A stretch of 64,000 nucleotides of DNA from an uncultured Actinomycetes bacterium (lineage in GTDB: Bacteria; Actinomycetota; Thermoleophilia; UBA2241). Positions 1 through 8,819 of the stretch are shown here, in pieces. The stretch spans positions 255,304 through 319,303 of the forward strand of contig CAVXRL010000008.1 of NCBI GenBank assembly GCA_963764225.1, given 5' to 3'. The notes beneath the pieces were generated by a model, which ran no database searches, was not told the DNA's origin, and saw nothing but the letters and a program-made list of their open reading frames with translations. Within the stretch, counting starts at the first letter, position 1; each line of letters begins with the position of its first letter. The position numbers and the translations under genes were made by a program.

Positions 1-326
1 CTGTCGCTGGCGGCGCCGAGCACGCCCACCACGTCGGCGCCGGCCTTGGCCGCGTACTCCACCTCGGTGCGCCCGGCGTCCATGGTCTTCATGTCGGCGA
101 CGATGACCCTGTCCGGGAACTCGGCCCTCAGCGCCCTGACCGCGTTCAGGCCCTCGGCCTTGATCAGCGGCGTACCGGCCTCGACCCAGTCCGCGCCGCC
201 GGCCACCGCCTCGCGCGCGACCTCGAGCGCTCGCGGCAGGTCGACGAAGTCGAGCGCGACCTGGACGAGCGTGCGCTCGCGGGACGGGTCGCAGCCGTCC
301 GTACCCTGGGTTTCGGCGGCCGTCAT
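1..326 (-). CDS. 3-hexulose-6-phosphate synthase-like (HxlA/KGPDC family), N-terminal part only; gene runs off window
   Basis: Reverse translation from ATG at 326 gives [11 protein letters not shown]...[10 protein letters not shown]...[40 protein letters not shown], matching the HPS motifs (AxD..., GTPLIK, ADxKTMD). The ATG overlaps the yjbQ stop as ATGA. Confidence 0.6.
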   Translation of the reverse strand, partial: MTAAETQGTDGCDPSRERTLVQVALDFVDLPRALEVAREAVAGGADWVEAGTPLIKAEGLNAVRALRAEFPDRVIVADMKTMDAGRTEVEYAAKAGADVVGVLGAASD

Positions 327-796
327 ACGCCCATCACCTGCACCACCACGCGGCGCTCACGCGGGCGCGCGTCGAAGTCGCAGAAGGCGATCTCCTGCCA
401 GGTGCCGAGCGTGAGGTCCGCGTCGACGACGGGGACCGTCACCGACGGTCCGACCAGCGCGGCGCGGATGTGCGAGTGGCCGTTGCCGTCGCCGTTGTTG
501 ATGTTGTGCTGCCAGACGCGGTCGCTCGGCGTGAGCGTCTCGAGCACGTCCTGCACGTCCTCGATGACGCCGGACTCGTACTCGATGGTGGTGACGGCGC
601 CGGTCGCGCCGGGGGCGAACACGGTGACGGAGCCGTTGCGCACGCCGCTCTCGGCGACCCGCTCGCGCACCTGGTCGGTGATCCGGATGATGTCGGCGTT
701 GCCGCGGCTGGAGAACTCCACGGCGCCGGTGAAGACGCGGAGGAGGCCCTCGCTGACCTTGGGCTCGCTTGTACGGGGCGTGACGACTGGGTTCAC
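323..796 (-). CDS. yjbQ: YjbQ/UPF0047 family protein (secondary thiamine-phosphate synthase family)
   Basis: 157-aa track ORF with a YjbQ-like sequence. GTG start overlaps the panC stop (GTGA) and its stop overlaps the HPS start (ATGA). Confidence 0.7.
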   Translation of the reverse strand: MNPVVTPRTSEPKVSEGLLRVFTGAVEFSSRGNADIIRITDQVRERVAESGVRNGSVTVFAPGATGAVTTIEYESGVIEDVQDVLETLTPSDRVWQHNINNGDGNGHSHIRAALVGPSVTVPVVDADLTLGTWQEIAFCDFDARPRERRVVVQVMGV

Positions 797-1752
797 GATG
801 TCCTTCCTTCCGTGCTGGTCGCGTCCTGGACGGGGTACGCGCTCGGGGGTGACTGCGCCGGGGAGCCGGCGGCGGCGACCGAGATGGTGTCGATGAGGCG
901 GGTGGAGCCGAGGCGGGCCGCCACGACGAGGCGGCTCCGCGGGCCGAGGTCGCCCTCGGGGACGAAGGTCTCCTCGTCCACGACGGCGAGGTAGTCGATC
1001 TGGAACCGCGGCCGGGCGAGGGCCTCGTCCACCGCGTCGGGGTCGAGGCCGGCGGCGGGGAGGAGCAGGGCGCCGGTGGCCGCCACGACGACGTCCTTGG
1101 CGGCCGCTCCGGGCCCGCCCGCGGCGGCCGCTCCGGCGAGCAGCGCGCGGTAGAGGTCGGGAGCGACCGCGCGCTCGTCCGGCGTGAGGTAGACGTTGCG
1201 CGAGCTCATGGCCAGGCCGTCCGGCTCGCGCAGCGTGGGCACGCTCGCCACCTCGACCGGGAGGTCGAGGTCGCGTGCCAGCCGGCGCACGACGGCCAGC
1301 TGCTGCGCGTCCTTCTCGCCGAGGAACAGCACGTCCGGCTGCACCACGCCGAGCAGCTTGGCGACGATCAGCGCCACCCCGTCGAAGTGGTCGGGGCGCG
1401 CGGCGCCCTCGAAGTCGCGCGTGAGCGGACCGCCGACGTGGACGCTCGTGGCGAAGCCCTGCGGGTACATCTCGTCGGCCGCCGGCGCGAACACGACCGC
1501 GACCCCGGCCTCCTCCAGGAGGCGGAGGTCGCGGGCCTCGTCGCGCGGGTAGGTGTCGAAGTCCTCGCCGCGGCCGAACTGCGCCGGGTTCACGAAGACG
1601 GAGGCGGCGACGCTGGCGCAGCGCGCCCTCGCCGCCTCGACCAGGCTGAGGTGCCCGGCGTGCAGGGCGCCCATGGTCGGCGTCAGGCCGAGGGGGCGCG
1701 GGAGCTCGCGCAGCGCCGCCCGCGCCTCCTTCACCGTGCGCGCGACCTTCAC
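793..1752 (-). CDS. panC: pantoate--beta-alanine ligase
   Basis: PTMGALHAGHLSLV HIGH-type motif, followed by SSRNVYL and FLGEKDAQQL regions. GTG start at 1752 inferred from the frame of ORF 793..2814 (the remainder of that 673-aa ORF is high-GC read-through). Low-complexity C-terminal tail. Confidence 0.85.
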   Translation of the reverse strand: MKVARTVKEARAALRELPRPLGLTPTMGALHAGHLSLVEAARARCASVAASVFVNPAQFGRGEDFDTYPRDEARDLRLLEEAGVAVVFAPAADEMYPQGFATSVHVGGPLTRDFEGAARPDHFDGVALIVAKLLGVVQPDVLFLGEKDAQQLAVVRRLARDLDLPVEVASVPTLREPDGLAMSSRNVYLTPDERAVAPDLYRALLAGAAAAGGPGAAAKDVVVAATGALLLPAAGLDPDAVDEALARPRFQIDYLAVVDEETFVPEGDLGPRSRLVVAARLGSTRLIDTISVAAAGSPAQSPPSAYPVQDATSTEGRTS

Positions 1753-2699
1753 CGCTGCCCTCCGGCCCAGCGCGTGGGCGGTGGAGTCTCGTGCGGGCCG
1801 GCCTGGCCGGCTGCGCCGGCTTCTCCGGCCCCGAGCAGCGTCTGGAGCGTCTCCACCTGTTCGTCGTCGAGCCGCGGCGCGGCCAGCGCGAGCGCCTCGA
1901 GGCTCAGCGCGCGGTACGTCCCGGCGAGGCGCGGGCTCTCGCGGTCGAGCAGCCGGAGGTGCGCGCGCACCGTGCCGATGTCTGCGCGGGCGACGGGCCC
2001 GGTGAGCGCGAACGCCGGCTCGCCGGTCCGCAGCAGGTTCTCCAGCGTCGTCCGGAGCAGCACGCCCAGGTGGTCCAGCCCGCGGGAATCGCCACTGGCC
2101 TCGTCCATCAGGCGCTTGGCCTCGCTCTCGAGCGCGACCAGGAGGTTGCAGCCCACCACGGCCGCGAGGTGGTACAGCGTCTTGTGCTCGTCGGGCAGAG
2201 GGAAGGGCCGCATGCCCAGGCGGACGGCCAACTCCTCGCCGAGCTGCAGGTCGCGCTCCTCCAGCGCCGTGACGGCGCAGGGCGTGTCGCGCAGCAGCTC
2301 CGCGCTGGGCTCGCCGGCGAACGTCTGCAGGGGGTGCAGGCTCAGCACGCGCACGCCCTGCTCGTACAGCGGTTTGAGCAGGTGCACCGAGCCCAGCCCG
2401 CTGGAGTGGATGGCGAGCGGCTGCGGCGCGCCGGGGCGGCGCGTGGCCGGCAGCGCTTCGGCCAGCCGGCCGGCCACCGTGGAGATCTCGTCGTCGGGCA
2501 CCGCCAGCCACCAGGCGTCGGCCTCGAGCGCGGCGTCGCGCACGCGCACGTGCGGGATCGCGTCGAAGAGGCTGGTGTCGTCGTCCCCGTGCACGGCCAC
2601 GGCGGTGACGGTGAGCTCGGCCTCCTGCAGGCCGGCGAGTACGGCCGATCCCAGACGTCCGGGACCGACAACGCAGAAGCGATGCGCGTCGATGGTCAA
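1749..2699 (-). CDS. Rossmann-fold / DUF2520 domain protein (Rv3603c-like; putative pantoate-pathway oxidoreductase)
   Basis: RFCVVGPGRLGSAV dinucleotide-binding motif. Gene sits immediately upstream of panC as in mycobacteria. TTG start at 2699 chosen because GGAGAGGTCGGAGG lies 4-8 nt upstream; ATG at 2771 is an alternative. Stop overlaps the panC GTG (GTGA). Confidence 0.55.
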   Translation of the reverse strand: MTIDAHRFCVVGPGRLGSAVLAGLQEAELTVTAVAVHGDDDTSLFDAIPHVRVRDAALEADAWWLAVPDDEISTVAGRLAEALPATRRPGAPQPLAIHSSGLGSVHLLKPLYEQGVRVLSLHPLQTFAGEPSAELLRDTPCAVTALEERDLQLGEELAVRLGMRPFPLPDEHKTLYHLAAVVGCNLLVALESEAKRLMDEASGDSRGLDHLGVLLRTTLENLLRTGEPAFALTGPVARADIGTVRAHLRLLDRESPRLAGTYRALSLEALALAAPRLDDEQVETLQTLLGAGEAGAAGQAGPHETPPPTRWAGGQR

Positions 2700-2940
2700 G
2701 CCTCCGACCTCTCCGGCTGCGGTCCGCCCGGTGGGGGAGGTACCGCGCCTGCCGTAAGACCTGTGCAGCACAGGCGGTGTCCCGGTCGCCTGCCGAGGCT
2801 CGGCGCCGGGCCATCGATCAAGCGTACGGTCTCACGCGCGCCTGGTCAATCAAGGCGACGTTTGCACAGCGACCTCCGGCGCCCCGCGCGCCGCGCTCTC
2901 CGAGGCTGGCCTCCCCGCCGCTGTGGGGTACACTACCGCC

Positions 2941-3159
2941 ATGCCGATCTACGAATTCTGCTGCAACGAGTGCGGTACCGCGTTCGAAGAGCTCGTCCGC
3001 ACCGGCACCAGGCCCGCGTGCCCGCAGTGCCGGTCGGCCGACGTCTGCCGGCTGCTGTCCACGTTCGCCGTCCACTCCTCGAGTCTCGACATCGGCGGCA
3101 AGGGAGCCAAGAAGAGCTGCTCCACTTGCGCCACCGGCTCCTGTGGCACCTGCCACTGA
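2941..3159 (+). CDS. FmdB-family zinc-ribbon protein
   Basis: MPIYEFCCNECGTAFEEL...CPQCRS...SCSTCATGSCGTCH, with CxxC...CxxC and a Cys-rich tail. Confidence 0.65.
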   Translation: MPIYEFCCNECGTAFEELVRTGTRPACPQCRSADVCRLLSTFAVHSSSLDIGGKGAKKSCSTCATGSCGTCH

Positions 3160-4126
3160 CGACGTCATCGCCGCACTCGACGCCCTCCGCGAGGAAGTCG
3201 AGTGCTGCTCCGGCTGCGTGCTCGGCTCCACGCGCACCAAGGCCGTGTTCGGCGAGGGAGACCCCGGCGCCGACCTGATGTTCGTCGGCGAGGCGCCCGG
3301 CTACCACGAGGACCAGCAGGGCCGGCCGTTCGTCGGCCAGGCCGGCAAGCTGCTCGAGCAGCTGCTCGCGTCCATCGGCATGACGCGCGAGCAGGTCTAC
3401 ATCGCCAACGTCCTCAAGAGCCGCCCGCCCAACAACCGCGACCCGCGGCCGGAGGAGATCGAGGCCTGCCGGCCGTACCTGTTCCGCCAGATCGAGATCA
3501 TCAGGCCCAAGGTCATCTGTACGCTGGGCAACTTCGCGACCAAGCTGCTGACCGGCGACCCCACCGGCATCACCAAGGTGCACGGACGTCCCAGGGCCAC
3601 CGAGATCGCCGGGCACGTGCTCTACCTGTATCCGATCTTCCACCCCGCCGCGGCGCTCTACACGCCGGCCATGCTGACGACGCTCAAAGAAGACTTCTCG
3701 AGGCTGCCCCGGTTGCTGGCGCAGCCGGCCCCCGAGCGGGGCGAAGAGGCGGCCGAGGCGCCGGCCGCGGAGCGACCGGCCTGGCGGCCGCCCGACGACC
3801 TGCGGCGCGACGCGGCGCCGGCCGCCGCGGGGGAACCGGCTCCTCAGCCTGCCCCCGGACCCACGCTCGAGGACAGGGCGCGCGCGGCGCTCGACGCGAC
3901 GCCGATCGACGAAGACCCTCCTGGGGGCCTGCAAGGCGCCCCGGCGCCCGAAGCCGGTCCCGGGGCGCCCGAGCCCGAAGCCGCGCAGCCGGAGGCCGAG
4001 CCTGAGCGGCCCGAGCCCGCGCCCGCCACCGAGTCCCAACGCGCGCCGGTCGCCGCGCCGGCCCCCGAGTCCCCACGCGCGCCGGCCGCCCCGCCGGCCG
4101 AACCGGAGCAGCTCGGCCTCTTCTGA
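3143..4126 (+). CDS. uracil-DNA glycosylase, family 4 (Fe-S type), with a ~110-aa Pro/Ala/Glu-rich C-terminal extension ending in QLGLF
   Basis: ECCSGCVLGSTRTKAVFGEGDPGADLMFVGEAPGYHEDQQGRPFVGQAGKLL...VYIANVLKSRPPNNRDP...EACRPYL family-4 UDG motifs. In-frame GTG at 3143 is the first start after an upstream stop and overlaps the FmdB 3' end by 17 nt. The tail is low complexity. Confidence 0.7.
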   Translation: MAPATDDVIAALDALREEVECCSGCVLGSTRTKAVFGEGDPGADLMFVGEAPGYHEDQQGRPFVGQAGKLLEQLLASIGMTREQVYIANVLKSRPPNNRDPRPEEIEACRPYLFRQIEIIRPKVICTLGNFATKLLTGDPTGITKVHGRPRATEIAGHVLYLYPIFHPAAALYTPAMLTTLKEDFSRLPRLLAQPAPERGEEAAEAPAAERPAWRPPDDLRRDAAPAAAGEPAPQPAPGPTLEDRARAALDATPIDEDPPGGLQGAPAPEAGPGAPEPEAAQPEAEPERPEPAPATESQRAPVAAPAPESPRAPAAPPAEPEQLGLF

Positions 4127-4127
4127 G

Positions 4128-4640
4128 ATGGTCGCGCTCACTCTCGCCTCGCCGGCCCAGACGCGGAAACTCGCGCGTGTGCTGGCCTCCCAGCTGCGTC
4201 CTCCCATGCTGCTGACCGTCGAGGGCGACCTGGGCACGGGCAAGACGACGCTCGTGCGCGAGGTGCTGCGCGCCCGCGGAGTGCGGGGAGCGATCACCAG
4301 CCCGTCGTTCACGCTCGCGCAGAGCTACCACGGGCGTGAGGGAGAGCAGCTGCACCACCTCGACCTGTACCGGCTGAGCCGCGGGGCGGACGCCGAGCTG
4401 TTCGCGTGGGACGACTACCTCGGCCCGGACGCGGTGACGTTCGTCGAGTGGCCGGCGGCCGGCAGCGAGGCGCTCCCTGCGCCGGACGTGCGCGTCGAGC
4501 TGGAGCACCGGACGCCGCGCAGCCGCGCCGCGCGCCTCTCCGGGCCTGATGCACTGGAGGCGGCGGTCGCCGCCGGCGCCGCCGCGGCAGGCATCGCCGT
4601 CACGGCCGCGGAGCCGGGCGCCGGGAGCGCGGGCGGATGA
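4128..4640 (+). CDS. tsaE: tRNA threonylcarbamoyladenosine biosynthesis protein TsaE
   Basis: GDLGTGKTTLVR P-loop, SPSFTL and DLYRL motifs. Confidence 0.85.
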   Translation: MVALTLASPAQTRKLARVLASQLRPPMLLTVEGDLGTGKTTLVREVLRARGVRGAITSPSFTLAQSYHGREGEQLHHLDLYRLSRGADAELFAWDDYLGPDAVTFVEWPAAGSEALPAPDVRVELEHRTPRSRAARLSGPDALEAAVAAGAAAAGIAVTAAEPGAGSAGG

Positions 4641-5359
4641 TCCTCGCGCTCGAGACGGCGACGACGGCGTGCTCGGCGGCGCTGTGCGCCGCGGACGGCT
4701 CGGTCGTCGCGCAGCGCGTCGCCCTCGACGGCCCCGCGCACTCGCGGCTCCTGCTGCCGTTCGTGCGCGAGGTGCTCGAGGAGGCCGGCGCCGGCTGGGA
4801 GGCCGTGGAGACGATCGCGGTCGGCCTCGGCCCCGGCGCCTTCACCGGGCTGCGCATCGGCGTCGCCACCGCGCGGGCGCTCGCGCAGGCGGACGGCGCA
4901 GCCGGCCTGGCCGGCGTGCCGACGCTCGCTGCCGTGGCGCTCGCGCTCACGGAGGCGCCGCAGGCGGCAGGCCGCAGGCTCGTGCCGCTCATCGACGGCC
5001 GCCGCCGTGAGGTGTTCGCGGCCGTCTTCCGGCACGACGGCGGGGTGCTCCGCCAGGTCGAGGACGTCGCCGTCGTGCGCGCCGACGACCTCGGCGCCTG
5101 GCTGGCCGCGCGCGGCGACGTGCTGACCGGCGGCGACGGCGCCGTGCTGTACGACGATCTGCTCCCGGCGTCGGCGCGGCGCGACGGCGACGTCGTCGCG
5201 CCGACGGCGGCGATGGTCGGCCGGGCGGTCGCCTGCGGCGCGCCCGGCCTCGTCCACGGCCCCGACGCCGTGCTGCCCCTCTACGGCCGCGCGCCCGACG
5301 CGCAGCCCCGCGCGGCCAGGTCCGACCCCTCATCCGCGACCGCGGAAGGTGCGGGATGA
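4637..5359 (+). CDS. tsaB: tRNA threonylcarbamoyladenosine biosynthesis protein TsaB
   Basis: MILALETATTACSAAL N-terminus (YeaZ family). ATGA overlap with tsaE. Confidence 0.8.
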   Translation: MILALETATTACSAALCAADGSVVAQRVALDGPAHSRLLLPFVREVLEEAGAGWEAVETIAVGLGPGAFTGLRIGVATARALAQADGAAGLAGVPTLAAVALALTEAPQAAGRRLVPLIDGRRREVFAAVFRHDGGVLRQVEDVAVVRADDLGAWLAARGDVLTGGDGAVLYDDLLPASARRDGDVVAPTAAMVGRAVACGAPGLVHGPDAVLPLYGRAPDAQPRAARSDPSSATAEGAG

Positions 5360-5844
5360 ACCTCGAGCTGGTGCCCGACAGGCCGGTGCACGAGCGCGTC
5401 ATCCGGCCCATGCACTTCACCGACCTCGAGGCGGTCGCCGCACTCGAGGCGCGCAGCTTCACCCTGCCGTGGTCGCTCGCCATCTTCAACGGCCAGCTCG
5501 CGCGCGACACCGGCATCTGTCTGGTCTGCGAGGACGACGGACGGGTCGTCGGCTACCTCATCGCCGACATGTTCGTCGACGTCTGGCACCTCATGAACCT
5601 CTGCGTGGCGGAGGAGGCGCGCCGCGAGCACATCGCTTCGGCCCTGCTCGAGGCCTACTTCGAGATCACGGAGCGCAGGGGGCACCGGGGGCACACCCTC
5701 GAGGTGCGCGTCTCCAACGCCCCGGCCATCGAGCTGTACCGCAGCTTCGGGTTCGTCTCCACCGGCGTCCGCCCCGGCTACTACAGTGACGACCGCGAGG
5801 ATGCCGTCATCATGTGGAAGGACTGGGAAGGGGACTCGGCGTGA
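5356..5844 (+). CDS. rimI: ribosomal-protein-alanine N-acetyltransferase
   Basis: GNAT fold with the RimI-like tail ELYRSFGF. Position between tsaB and tsaD is conserved. ATGA overlap. Confidence 0.8.
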   Translation: MNLELVPDRPVHERVIRPMHFTDLEAVAALEARSFTLPWSLAIFNGQLARDTGICLVCEDDGRVVGYLIADMFVDVWHLMNLCVAEEARREHIASALLEAYFEITERRGHRGHTLEVRVSNAPAIELYRSFGFVSTGVRPGYYSDDREDAVIMWKDWEGDSA

Positions 5845-6929
5845 ACCGCAGCCCCGCCGGCGAGCCGGGCGCCGCGGGCTCACCGCTCAGCAGCGGCGGA
5901 CCCATCCTCGCCCTCGAGACCTCCTGCGACGACACGAGCGCGGCGGTCGTGCGCGGGCGTGAGGTCCTCTCCTCGATCGTCTCGTCGCAGAACGAGCTGC
6001 ACGCGCAGTTCGGCGGCGTGGTGCCGGAGGTGGCCTCGCGCCGCCACACGGAGCTCGCCAACGAGGTGGTCGCCGAGGCGATGAGCCGGGCCGGAGTGAG
6101 CTGGGGCGACCTCAGCGCCGTGGCCGTCACGCAGGGCCCGGGCCTCATCGGGGCGCTGCTGGTCGGGCTGGCGACGGCCAAGTCGCTGGCCTACCGGCGC
6201 GGGCTGCCGCTGATCCCGGTCAACCACCTGCAGGGGCACATCGCCGCCAACTACGCGCTCGGCGTCGAGGCGCCGTTCATCTGCCTGGTCGCCAGCGGCG
6301 GGCACACGCTGCTCGCCGTGGTGGAGGAGGGCGTCCGGTACCGCGTCGCCGCCAAGACCATGGACGACGCCGCCGGTGAGGCGTTCGACAAGGGCGCCCG
6401 GCTGCTGGGCCTCGGCTACCCGGGCGGCAAGGAGCTCGACCAGCTGGCGGCGCGCGGCGACGCGGGCTTCGCCCGGTTCCCGCGCGCCGTGCCCCAGGGC
6501 CGCGGCTTCAGCTTCAGCGGCCTCAAGACGGCGCTGCTCTACGACCTCAGGGACCGCGACGAGGCGGAGGTCGAGGCGCGCCGCGCCGACATCGCCGCCT
6601 CGTACCAGGCGGCCATCGTGCGGCAGCTGGTCGAGAAGACCGTGGCGGGAGCGCGGCGCGAGGGCCTGCGCAGGGTCGCCGTCGCCGGCGGCGTCGCCGC
6701 CAACTCCGGCCTGCGCCGCGCCCTGACGGAGGCCTGTGAGGCCGAGGGCCTGCAGCTCTCGCTGCCGCCGCTCAGCCTCTGCACCGACAACGCCGGCATG
6801 GTCGGCCTGGCGGCCGGCTTCCTGCCGGCGCTCCCGTGCCCCGACTACCTGGGCCTGGACGCGTTCGCCAGCGACGCCGAGGCCAAGGCCGCACGCCCGC
6901 CGCGCAAGCGCCCGCCGCGCCGCGACTGA
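5841..6929 (+). CDS. tsaD: tRNA N6-adenosine threonylcarbamoyltransferase TsaD
   Basis: ILALETSCDDTSAAVV plus the HLxGH metal site (Kae1/Gcp family). GTG at 5841 overlaps the rimI stop (GTGA); an in-frame ATG at 5814 is an alternative. Confidence 0.85.
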   Translation: MNRSPAGEPGAAGSPLSSGGPILALETSCDDTSAAVVRGREVLSSIVSSQNELHAQFGGVVPEVASRRHTELANEVVAEAMSRAGVSWGDLSAVAVTQGPGLIGALLVGLATAKSLAYRRGLPLIPVNHLQGHIAANYALGVEAPFICLVASGGHTLLAVVEEGVRYRVAAKTMDDAAGEAFDKGARLLGLGYPGGKELDQLAARGDAGFARFPRAVPQGRGFSFSGLKTALLYDLRDRDEAEVEARRADIAASYQAAIVRQLVEKTVAGARREGLRRVAVAGGVAANSGLRRALTEACEAEGLQLSLPPLSLCTDNAGMVGLAAGFLPALPCPDYLGLDAFASDAEAKAARPPRKRPPRRD

Positions 6930-7034
6930 CTCTCGCGGCGGCCCGGCCCGCCGCAGGTGTCCGTCCGAACACGCCGGACACCACCGTGCAGCTCACACGG
7001 GGAACAGTACTGGAATGCTAGACTCGAGCGCAGC

Positions 7035-8738
7035 ATGACCCACCGTCCCGACTCCGTCTTTCCTCCCGCGCCCCTCGGCGAGACTTCTCGCACAGCCGCC
7101 GACCTCTTCGTCGACTGTCTGGAGAACGAAGGCGTGGAGTTCGTGTTCGGCATCCCCGGCGAGGAGACGCTGGACCTCAGCGAGGCCCTCGACCGCTCGC
7201 AGCTCATCACCTTCGTGCCCACCCGGCACGAGCAGGGCGCGGCGTTCATGGCCGACGCGTGGGGCCGTCTCACCGGCCGCCCGGGCGTCTGCCTCGCGAC
7301 CCTCGGCCCGGGCGCCAGCAACCTGGCCACCGGCGTCGGCGACGCGACGCTGGACAACGCGCCGCTGGTCGCGCTCACCGGGCAGACCGGGCTCGCCGGC
7401 ATGCACAAGGAGACCACGCACCAGTTCATCGACACCGTCGAGATGCTGCACCCCATGACCAAGTGGAACACGCGCATCCATCACCAGCGCATGGTGCCTG
7501 AGGCCGTGCGCAAGGCGTTCAGCATCGCCTCGGCCGAGAAGCCCGGCGCCACCCACCTGGAGTTGCCCGAGGACATCATGGCCGCGCCCGCGACCGGCGC
7601 GCCGCTGCCCAAGGGCCCGGAGCCGATGATGGAGGCCGACCCCGTCAGCCTGCTGCGCGCGGCGGAGGTCATCCAGGGCGCGCGCCGTCCGGTCATCCTC
7701 GCCGGCAACGGTGTCGCGCGCCAGGAGGCCTCCCCGGCGCTGCGCGCGTTCGTCGAGCAGACCGGCCTCCACGTCATCACCACGTTCATGGGCAAGGGCG
7801 TGGTGGACGCCTCCGACCCCCACTTCCTGTTCACCGCCGGGCTGCGGCGCCAGGACTACCCGCAAGGCCTTCTGGGCCGCGCCGACCTCGTCATCGCCAT
7901 CGGCTACGACATGATCGAGTGGCCGCCCTCCGCCTGGAACCCGGAGGGGCGGCAGCGCATCCTCTGCATCGACACCGTGCCCCCCGAGATCGACGCCCAG
8001 TTCATCCCCGAGGTGGAGCTCATCGGCGACCTCTCGCGGATCCTCTTCCAGCTCACCGGCCTCCTGGAGGGCAAGGAGGTGGCGAGCCTGGAGACGCGGC
8101 CCTACCGCAGGGCGTTCCGCCGCGTGCTCGACGCCGGCACGGACGAGGACTTCCCCATCAAGCCGCAGCGCGTGCTGCACGACCTGCGCGAGTTGATGTC
8201 GCCCGACGACGTCCTGGTGAGCGACGTGGGCGCGCACAAGCTCTGGGTGGCGCGCTTCTGGGAGGCGCGCGAGCCCAACACCGTGCTGATCAGCAACGGG
8301 TTCGCCGCCATGGGCTTCGGGCTGCCGGCGGCGATCGCCGCGGCGCTGGCTCGTCGCGGCCGCAGCAAGGTCGTGTGCATCACCGGCGACGGCGGCTTCC
8401 TCATGAACGTGCAGGAGCTGGAGACGGCTCGCCGCCTCGGCCTGCCGTTCGTCATCGTCGTGTGGAGCGACGGCGGCTACGGCCTCATCGAGATGCACCA
8501 GCGGCGCAAGTTCGGGCGCATCGCCGGCACGCGCTTCGACAACCCCGACCTCGTCACCCTGGCCCGTTCGTTCGGCGTGGAGGGACTCCGCGCCGAGAAG
8601 GCGGGCGACGTCAAACCCCTCCTCGCCAGAGCCCTCCGACATCCCGGCCCCGTTGTAGTGGACGTCCCGATAGATTACGGCGAGAACGACAAGCTGGCGG
8701 TCGACCTCTGGCAACTTGCCCCCGAAGCGCTGTCGTAG
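7035..8738 (+). CDS. acetolactate synthase-like thiamine-diphosphate enzyme (AlsS/IlvB superfamily)
   Basis: FGIPGEE, HEQGAAFMADAWGR and LGPGASNL motifs, plus a GDGGFLMN TPP-binding motif. Start at ATG 7035 is uncertain; GTG 6957 is an alternative. Confidence 0.7.
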   Translation: MTHRPDSVFPPAPLGETSRTAADLFVDCLENEGVEFVFGIPGEETLDLSEALDRSQLITFVPTRHEQGAAFMADAWGRLTGRPGVCLATLGPGASNLATGVGDATLDNAPLVALTGQTGLAGMHKETTHQFIDTVEMLHPMTKWNTRIHHQRMVPEAVRKAFSIASAEKPGATHLELPEDIMAAPATGAPLPKGPEPMMEADPVSLLRAAEVIQGARRPVILAGNGVARQEASPALRAFVEQTGLHVITTFMGKGVVDASDPHFLFTAGLRRQDYPQGLLGRADLVIAIGYDMIEWPPSAWNPEGRQRILCIDTVPPEIDAQFIPEVELIGDLSRILFQLTGLLEGKEVASLETRPYRRAFRRVLDAGTDEDFPIKPQRVLHDLRELMSPDDVLVSDVGAHKLWVARFWEAREPNTVLISNGFAAMGFGLPAAIAAALARRGRSKVVCITGDGGFLMNVQELETARRLGLPFVIVVWSDGGYGLIEMHQRRKFGRIAGTRFDNPDLVTLARSFGVEGLRAEKAGDVKPLLARALRHPGPVVVDVPIDYGENDKLAVDLWQLAPEALS

Positions 8739-8819
8739 AAGTTAAGCAAACTTCAGGGTAGACTGTGCGCGGCGCGACGCGCGGTCGCGCACACGACAAC
8801 GTACTCTGGGGGGGTCCGT

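Noticed and set aside
793-2814. 673-aa minus-strand ORF spanning panC and beyond
   Set aside because: Only the C-terminal 319 aa are PanC. The rest is stop-free read-through in high-GC DNA overlapping the real DUF2520 gene in another frame.
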